Below, piece by piece: positions 57,351 through 64,000 of a stretch of 64,000 bases of DNA (its first letter is position 1; each line of letters begins with the position of its first letter). The stretch is from an uncultured Gemmatimonadaceae bacterium. Its GTDB lineage: Bacteria > Gemmatimonadota > Gemmatimonadetes > Gemmatimonadales > Gemmatimonadaceae. The position numbers and the translations under genes are program-made. The notes under the pieces were generated by a model. The model worked only from the letters and a program-made list of their open reading frames with translations, ran no database searches and was not told where the DNA came from. The stretch covers positions 30,379 to 94,378 of the forward strand of contig CAWFOG010000028.1 of the NCBI GenBank assembly GCA_963817445.1, given 5' to 3'.

Positions 57351-60032
57351 TTACTCCTCGCGCAGCGCGTCCATCGGGTCGACACGTGCCGCGCGGCGCG
57401 CGGGCAGGTACGCGGCCACGAGGGCGACCGCGGCGAGAACGATCGTCGCCGACCCGAAAGTGGACGGATCCGTCGAGCGTACGCCAAAGAGGAAGCTCGA
57501 CAGCAGCCGGGTCGCCCCAATGGCGAGCCCGGTTCCCACCGCGAGTCCAATCGCGACGACGAGGCCCACCTCGCGCATGATCATGCCCGCGACGCGGCGT
57601 TGCCCCGCGCCAAGCGCCATTCGAATGCCGATCTCGTTGCGCCGCCGAGCGACGTTGTACGACATCACGCCGTAGAGGCCGAGCATCGCGAGCAGCAGCG
57701 CCAGCCCGCCGAACAATCCCGAGAGCGTCGCCAACACGCGCTCGCGCTTGAGCGACGACGCGATCAGCGCGGTGAACGGTGTGAACTGCATCGAGCTGCG
57801 CGGGTTCGTCTGGACGAGCGCCGCCCGCACCGGCGGGACCATCGACGCAGCGCCTGGCAACCCGCGAATCATGAAGTCGATGCGCGACCCAAGCGCCGTG
57901 TCCTGCGCGACCGCGAGGTAGGCCGTCGGCTTGGTGTCCTCGCGCAGATTCTGATACTTGGCGTCCTTGACGACGCCGACGATCGTCATCGGCGGACTCT
58001 CACCCTTCCCCACTTTCACGCGAAACGACCGACCGAGCACGTTGAGCGTTCCGTAAAAGTGACGCGCCATCGTCTCGTTCACGATCGTCACGCGCGGCGC
58101 CGACACTCGGTCGCCGTCGTTGAAGTCGCGACCGATCACGAGCGGCGTACCGAGTGTCGCGAAGTAGCCGTCGCTGATTTCGTTGAACCAGGTCAGCCCG
58201 TCCTCTTCGGATTTGGCCGCGAACCCAGGCACGATCATGTCCTCGTTCCACGACGTGCCGCTCAACGGAGTGATCGTCGACAGACTCGCCGCCGCAACGC
58301 CGGGAAGCGCGCGAAGTCGAGCGAGCACCGCCCGATCCAGCGCGATCTGCGCCCCGTCGCCCGTCGCGCCGCGCTGATTCGACGCGACGATCAGCACGTC
58401 CGCTGGCTTGAAGCCCGCGTCGAGCGTCGCCAACCGCTGAAAACTCGACACGAGCAATCCCGCGCCGACGACGAGCGTCAGCGACACGGCCACCTGCGCG
58501 ATGACAAGCAGTCTGCTCGCGGGAAAGTGGCGGCTCGCGCCGCCGTCGATGACTCCGCGCGCTCCCGACTTGAGCGCGCCGCTCGGCGGAACGCCAGCTG
58601 CGCGCCACGCCGGCGCCAATCCGAACGCGAGCCCGGTCGCGAGCGCCACACCGACGCTAAACGCGAGCACGCGGAGGTCGATCGTGAGGTCGAGGGCAAT
58701 TGGATTGTCAGGCGACCCAAGAAAGGCGACGAGTCCGCGCGTCGCCCAGTGCGCGAGCGCGACGCCGACGAGCGTGCCGGTCACCGAGAGAATGGCGCTC
58801 TCCGTGAGGAGTTGCCGAATCACTCGGCCGCGCGACGCGCCGATCGCCACGCGCACGGCCATCTCGCGCTCGCGCACCGCCGCGCGCGCAAGCAACAGAT
58901 TGGCGACGTTGGCGCACGCGATGACGAGCACCAGCGCGACGATGCCCATGAGCGTGTACAGCGCACGACCGTACTGGCGTCGCACATTCGACAACCCCGT
59001 CGCCGCTGGACGTACGTGCAGCCCACCCGACTGATAGTGACGCTGTTCCGACGTCGGCCAATTCTGCGGAGTCGTGGCCTCGAACACGCCAGGTGCGATC
59101 GAGGCGAGGCGCGCATTCACCTGCGCGACCGACATGCCGGGCGCGGGACGGCCGATGATGCTCAGCCACCAGCTGCTCCGCCGGTCGAGCGGACTGCTTT
59201 TTCCCGCAGTGATATCGGCGGAGCAGATTGGCACGAACAGCTGCGGCGCTTGCCCGACGTCGACGCCGGAAAAACCCTCGGGCGCGACACCGACGATCTG
59301 GAAGGGATGCCCGTTGAGCGCCACCGTCTTCGCGATGACGTCGGCGTTTCCTCCGTACTCCGTTTGCCAGAAGCCGTAGCCGATCACCGCGACCGGCGCA
59401 CAACCGCGCTGGTCGTCGGCAACGGTGAGAAGTCGGCCGAGCGCCGGGCGAAGGCCGAGCGTCGCGAAGTAATTTCCGCTCACGGCATTACCAACCACCG
59501 GGCGGTCCTCACCAACGGTATTCAGACTGTATTTGTTCGGCGCGTACGCAAACACACCGCTGAACGCGGTCTGGTGATCGCGCATCGCCTCCCAGATCGG
59601 GTTGGTGAATACCGAACCGAGCGAGTCCATCGTGACCTGCACGAGCTCCTCCGGATGGCTCACCGGCAGGCTGCGCAGAATCACCGAGTCGATCAGCGTA
59701 AAAATCGCCGTGTTCGCGCCAATGCCGAGGCCAAGCGACAGAACGGCAACGAGGGTGACGCCTGCGTTGTGACGCATCGATCGCGCGGCGTAGCGCACGT
59801 CGTCGGCGAACGACGCTAGCCAGGCGAACAGGTCGACGTCGCGCGCGCGCTCCTTTTGCGCCGCGTAGTTCCCGAACCGGCGCCGCGCCTCGGATTCCGC
59901 CGCCGACGGCGCCATTCCGCGCGCAACGAGATCGTCCGCGCGCTCGGCGATGTGAAAGCGAAGCTCGCGGTCGAGTTCACGCGAGTGACGATCGGAGCGC
60001 GCGAAGTTGCGCAGGCGGCGAATCCACGACAT
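57351..60032 (-). CDS. ADOP/MacB-type FtsX permease (copy 3), intact
   Basis: ATG 60032 (MSWIRRLRNFARSDRH...) lies 14 nt after the PadR stop. VRYAARSMRHNAGVTLVAVLSLGLGIGANTAIF. Two FtsX modules. C-terminus ARRAARVDPMDALREE. Confidence 0.85.
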   Translation of the reverse strand: MSWIRRLRNFARSDRHSRELDRELRFHIAERADDLVARGMAPSAAESEARRRFGNYAAQKERARDVDLFAWLASFADDVRYAARSMRHNAGVTLVAVLSLGLGIGANTAIFTLIDSVILRSLPVSHPEELVQVTMDSLGSVFTNPIWEAMRDHQTAFSGVFAYAPNKYSLNTVGEDRPVVGNAVSGNYFATLGLRPALGRLLTVADDQRGCAPVAVIGYGFWQTEYGGNADVIAKTVALNGHPFQIVGVAPEGFSGVDVGQAPQLFVPICSADITAGKSSPLDRRSSWWLSIIGRPAPGMSVAQVNARLASIAPGVFEATTPQNWPTSEQRHYQSGGLHVRPAATGLSNVRRQYGRALYTLMGIVALVLVIACANVANLLLARAAVREREMAVRVAIGASRGRVIRQLLTESAILSVTGTLVGVALAHWATRGLVAFLGSPDNPIALDLTIDLRVLAFSVGVALATGLAFGLAPAWRAAGVPPSGALKSGARGVIDGGASRHFPASRLLVIAQVAVSLTLVVGAGLLVSSFQRLATLDAGFKPADVLIVASNQRGATGDGAQIALDRAVLARLRALPGVAAASLSTITPLSGTSWNEDMIVPGFAAKSEEDGLTWFNEISDGYFATLGTPLVIGRDFNDGDRVSAPRVTIVNETMARHFYGTLNVLGRSFRVKVGKGESPPMTIVGVVKDAKYQNLREDTKPTAYLAVAQDTALGSRIDFMIRGLPGAASMVPPVRAALVQTNPRSSMQFTPFTALIASSLKRERVLATLSGLFGGLALLLAMLGLYGVMSYNVARRRNEIGIRMALGAGQRRVAGMIMREVGLVVAIGLAVGTGLAIGATRLLSSFLFGVRSTDPSTFGSATIVLAAVALVAAYLPARRAARVDPMDALREE

Positions 60033-60046
60033 GAGCAGTCTCCGGA

Positions 60047-60382
60047 CTAGGCGTAGCGCAACACGCGCCGGACGCCGTCGGTGAGTCGAGCCCAGCTTTG
60101 TTCTTCCAGCGCGAGCTGCTTGCGTCCTTTGGCGGTCAGCGAATAAAAGCGCGCCTCGCGGTTTTTCTCCGTCACGCCCCACGCAGCACGCACCCACCCC
60201 GCTTGCTCCATACGGTGCAACGCGGGATACAGCGAGCCCTCTTCGACGCGCAGCAACTCGGCGGACGCCTGTTGGATGCGCGACGTGATCGCGTACCCGT
60301 GCAGCGCCCCGCGCGCGCCCAGGGTCTTGAGGACGAGAAGGTCCAGCGTGCCCTGGAGAATGTCGTTCTTGGTCGAGGCCAT
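60047..60382 (-). CDS. PadR-family transcriptional regulator
   Basis: MASTKNDILQGTLDLLVLKTLGARGALHGYAITSRIQQASAELLRVEEGSLYPALHRMEQAGWV. Confidence 0.9.
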   Translation of the reverse strand: MASTKNDILQGTLDLLVLKTLGARGALHGYAITSRIQQASAELLRVEEGSLYPALHRMEQAGWVRAAWGVTEKNREARFYSLTAKGRKQLALEEQSWARLTDGVRRVLRYA

Positions 60383-60408
60383 GTCGATTGGGCGGTGGCG
60401 TCGCGTCA

Positions 60409-60436
60409 CCTAGCTGGTTAGGCATAACTAGCTAGG
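60409..60436. promoter_or_regulatory. imperfect 28-bp palindrome upstream of the PadR gene, candidate operator
   Basis: cctagctggttaggcataactagctagg has outer 7-bp arms cctagct/agctagg. It lies 27-54 nt upstream of ATG 60382. Confidence 0.35.
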
Positions 60437-60514
60437 TATGTGGCTTCGACAACACTGCGATCGGTACCGCGCGCTGTCAATATCGAGTTGCTAGACTCGG
60501 ACGCTCGCGTCCGC

Positions 60515-62784
60515 TCAGAGGAGTGCCACCGGATCCCGGTCGAACGTCAGGCGCAACTCGGCTTCCTTCGGCACGGGAAAGCGCTCGACGAAGTACCGGC
60601 CGAGCCGCGTCAAGTCGGCGGACCGCTCCGCCTTGATCAACACGTGCCACCGCCACCGCCGCTTGATTCGCTCCACCGGACAGGGCGCCGGCCCGACCAC
60701 GCTCACGCCGGGCATCGGCCGCTTGGCGAGCAACGCGTGGAGCCACGCCGCGCCGGCAATGGCCAAGCGCGCCGTCGCGTCCTCCGTCGTGCCGCTGAAC
60801 ACGACGTTCGCCACGCGCACCGTCGGCGGATACGCCGGCATCGACCGGCCGGTCAGCTCCTCGCGCACGAACGCCTGGTAGTCGTGCGCGACGGCGCACC
60901 GCACGGCGTGGTGCGACGGCACGCGCGTCTGAATCAGCACGCGCCCGCCCTTCGGCCCGCGGCCGGCGCGGCCGGCCACCTGGCTCAACAGTTGAAAGCA
61001 GCGCTCCGACGCGCGAAAGTCCGGCAGATTGATGCCGACGTCCGCGTCGACCACGCCGACGAGCGTGACATTCGGAAAGTCCAATCCCTTGGCGATCATC
61101 TGCGTGCCGAGCAGGATGTCGACTTCCCCGCGGTCGACACGGTCGAGTATCTCGGCGTGGGCCCACTTGCCGCTGGTCGTGTCCACGTCCATGCGCGCGA
61201 TGCGTGCGGATGGAAACCGGTCGGCGAGCAGCCGCTCGACCTGCTGCGTGCCAAGCCCGCGTTCGCGCAACACCAGCCCACCGCACTGCGCGCACACCGT
61301 GCGCAACGGCTCGGCGTGTTGGCAGTAGTGGCACACCAGCCGCTCCGGCGTGCGGTGATAGGTCAAGCTAATCGAACAGTTCGGACAGGCCGCAACGTCG
61401 CCGCACGACGCGCACTGCACGAACGCCGAATATCCGCGCCGGTTGAGCAGCAGAATGCTCTGTTCACCTTTCTCCAACCGATCCGCCAGCGCCTCCTCGA
61501 GTGGCTCGCTGATGACGATGCGCAACCAATCTTCCGCCCGGCGCTCGGCGAACGACGCTTTCCGCGCCGCGACTTGCGCTTCCCGCCGATCCACCACGTC
61601 GATCACGGGCAAGCGCAACTCGCCGACGCGCTCCGGCAGCGTGAGCAATGTGTACTTGCCCGACTTCGCGTTGACCCAACTCTCCAGCGCCGGCGTCGCG
61701 CTGCCGAGCACCACGACGGCACCGTCCTGACGCGCGCGCACGATCGCCGCCTCGCGCGCGTGATAGCGCGGCGCTTCGCCCTGTTTGTAACTCGACTCGT
61801 GCTCTTCGTCGACGACGATCGCGCCGATGTTGTCGAGCGGCGCGAACACCGCGGAGCGCGCGCCCACGGCGATCCGTTTGCGACCGTCGCGCAGCGACAG
61901 CCACTCGTCGTACCGCTCGCCGTCGCTCAACGCGCTGTGCAGCACGGCGATCTGGTCGCCGAACACGGCGCGAAAGCGGTCGACGGTTTGCGGTGTCAGC
62001 GCGATTTCCGGCACGAGGACAATCGCCGTGCGTTTTTCCTCGAGCACGATGCGCCGCAGCAGCTCGATGTACACGAGCGTCTTGCCGCTGCCGGTCACGC
62101 CGTGCAGCAGAAACACTTCGCCCGGCTTGCCGGCGGCCAGCGCGTCGATCGCCGCTCGCTGCGCCGCGGACGGTGTGTGCCGCGTCGGCCGCCGGAGTCG
62201 CGCGCCAGGCGAACGGATCGCGCGACGTGACCTCGTCCTCCACGCGCACGAGCCCGCGTTTTACCAATCCGCGCAACACCGACGCGGACGCGCCGAGCTG
62301 CGCGGTGAGATGCTCGACCGGCACGCGTCCGCCGAGCGTCTCGAGCAACTCGTATAAGGCGCGCTGTTGCGGCGCGCGGACAAAGGTGCGATCGCGATCG
62401 AGCAGCGACGGGAGCTCGCCGTGCAACACGGCGACGCGGCGCGTGCGGCGCACGGGCTCCGGCGCGGTGTGCGACGTCAGCGCCGCGGGCAACGCCGCGC
62501 GGATCGCCACGCCGAGCGGCACGACGTAGTACTCCGCGATCCACTCGCAGAGGGCGAGCATCGTGGCGCCGAGCACCGGCTCGCTGTCGGGGAGCGCGTG
62601 GACGCGCTTGGGCGTGATCGTCGCGCTCGGCTCGGCGCAAGCCGATGATGACGCCGATCTCGCGGCGATTCCGGAACGGCACGACCGCGCGCATGCCCGG
62701 CCGCGCGCGCTCCGCGTCCGCGTCGTCGACTTCGTATGTAAAGGCGCGAAAGAGCGGGAGCGGAAGCGCGACGGAGACGAGCAC
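60515..62784 (-). pseudogene. priA: primosomal replication helicase PriA, two +1 frame breaks
   Basis: MLVSVALPLPLFRAFTYEV...VPFRNRREIGVIIGL / AEPSATITPKRVHALPDSEPVLGATMLALCEWIAEYYVVPLG...AAHT / SAAQRAAIDALAAGKPGEVFLLHGVTGSGKT...DEEHE...zinc-binding CxxC pairs. Breaks lie at about 62637 and 62171. Confidence 0.85.
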
Positions 62785-62891
62785 GACGAGTAAGCTAACG
62801 TCGGGCGCGACTGTCTCTAGGAAGTATTCGCGCTCAGGCGTTCGCTAGCGAGGCGGCCAAAGCAATCCCACGACACTTCGACGGGCGGTAC

Positions 62892-63368
62892 TCATCGCCG
62901 CGGACGCTGTTTGCCGGAAACCGATTGAATGACCGTTCCGCCCCCGCCCTCGAGCGGCAGCGGGACCTTGGCTTGCGCGATGGCCGCGTTGATCAGTGCG
63001 AGTGCTTCGGGTGAGCGAAGGACTTTGATGTTGGGCACTCGCAGGAACCGGTTCTGCTTCCCGCTGCCCTGGAGCAACCGATCCGGGTCCGTCAGCGTGG
63101 CACCATGGTAGAAAGAGATACCGACTCCGTTCGCTGCCGCCGCAATAGAAACAATGCAGTCGGACGCGCGCGGAGTTGTGCAGTAGCCGATGACGAAGAA
63201 GTTGTAATTGTCGTAGACCAACTCGACGGCCGTGGGCATGAGCTTGCGAAGATCGACTCGACACTGCCGAATGAGCTTGGCATTGGCGGGGTCGAACTTG
63301 TCGATAAACTCGGCGAGTCGCTTTTCGATGTTCGAATCAACCGCGGTACTCGCGGGCGAAGACTTCAT
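62892..63368 (-). CDS. DUF1801 (YdhG-like) domain protein
   Basis: 158-aa intact ORF: IEKRLAEFIDKFDPANAKLIRQCRVDLRKLMPTAVELVYDNYNFFVIGY. GC is lower than in the neighbours. Confidence 0.55.
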   Translation of the reverse strand: MKSSPASTAVDSNIEKRLAEFIDKFDPANAKLIRQCRVDLRKLMPTAVELVYDNYNFFVIGYCTTPRASDCIVSIAAAANGVGISFYHGATLTDPDRLLQGSGKQNRFLRVPNIKVLRSPEALALINAAIAQAKVPLPLEGGGGTVIQSVSGKQRPRR

Positions 63369-63387
63369 GACGACCCGCCCGCGGACA

Positions 63388-64000
63388 TCACAAGACCTCG
63401 CTCACGCCAAGCCCCGGCCCGCTGGGAATGACGATGCGACCGCGCTCGATCGTCGCGCCGCGAAACGGATCGTCGGCCAGCAGCGCGGCGCCGTCAAAGT
63501 CGGCGTAGTCGAGCAGCGGCGCGAAGTGCGCGGCGGCGGTGATGCCCAAGCTCGTCTCGATCATGCAGCCGGCCATGACGAGCATGCCGTGCGCGCGGGC
63601 CGTGGCGATCATGCGCAGCGCCTCGCGCAGGCCGCCGCATTTGGAAAGTTTGATGTTGATGCCGTCGGCAATTCCCGCCAGGCGCGCTACGTCGGCGGCC
63701 ACGAGGCACGATTCGTCGGCGATGACGGGCAATGCGGATCGTTCGCGCACGAAGCGCATGCCCTCCAGATCGTGCGCCGCGACGGGCTGCTCGACGTACT
63801 CCACGCCGCAGGCCACGAGCACGTCGATCATCGCGAGCGCCTGCTTGGCGGACCACGCGGCGTTGGCGTCGACGCGGAGAATCTTGTCGGGCGCGGCGGC
63901 GCGCACGGTGCGAATGATCTGCTCGTCGTGATCGGTGCCGAGTTTGACTTTGAGCACCGGATAGGCCGCGGCCTGCGCCACGCGTTGCCGGAGCTCGTCG
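63388..64000 (-). CDS. dipeptide (L-Ala-D/L-Glu) epimerase, enolase superfamily; 5' end beyond the window
   Basis: VLKVKLG, RVDANAAW, YVEQP, IADES, IKLSKCGG. The ORF is open to nt 64000. Confidence 0.8.
   Translation of the reverse strand, partial: DELRQRVAQAAAYPVLKVKLGTDHDEQIIRTVRAAAPDKILRVDANAAWSAKQALAMIDVLVACGVEYVEQPVAAHDLEGMRFVRERSALPVIADESCLVAADVARLAGIADGINIKLSKCGGLREALRMIATARAHGMLVMAGCMIETSLGITAAAHFAPLLDYADFDGAALLADDPFRGATIERGRIVIPSGPGLGVSEVL

Noticed and set aside
7766-62784. Programmed +1 ribosomal frameshifting as the explanation for the frame breaks
   Set aside because: The junctions share no slippery motif or downstream stop or rare codon. Only the AP-superfamily site (CUU-GGG-A) vaguely resembles known +1 sites. 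One break is a 7-bp duplication. An artefact or mutation is more parsimonious.

Overview
This is a high-GC (roughly 65-70% by eye) bacterial chromosomal segment. The gene content looks like a Gemmatimonadota or Acidobacteriota-type soil bacterium: three MacB/FtsX-type ADOP permeases (one with a PadR partner), CarboxypepD_reg-type secreted proteins, and many envelope lipoproteins. I can support about 50 protein genes. They include housekeeping genes (class II ribonucleotide reductase nrdJ, priA, anmK, murQ, ccdA). There is also a cell-envelope block (Amidase_3 coupled to a large metalloprotease/beta-barrel protein, FHA plus PP2C) and an ABC exporter-histidine kinase-response regulator operon. 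A MarR/ClC locus, a SARP-type regulator, and a tandemly duplicated S9A prolyl-oligopeptidase module are also present. I saw no rRNA, tRNA, CRISPR array, intact mobile element or recognisable defence or toxin system. I could not identify a convincing novel multi-gene system. The observations most worth a second look are non-coding or structural. (1) At least 15 reading-frame breaks occur in 9 genes, including nrdJ and priA, and every one is a net +1 nt. (2) A phase-perfect array of 23 x 21 bp lies between convergent genes. (3) There are two families of conserved AT-richer non-coding repeats, one with 9-10 bp ACGRAT periodicity and one ~150 nt element at the 3' ends of two divergent genes. (4) An IS3-family left-end remnant is fused to the ATG of a gene. 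(5) A G5ATC5-type motif recurs around the MarR/ClC locus. All calls come from by-eye translation and motif recognition. No searches or computations were run, and start codons are often uncertain.
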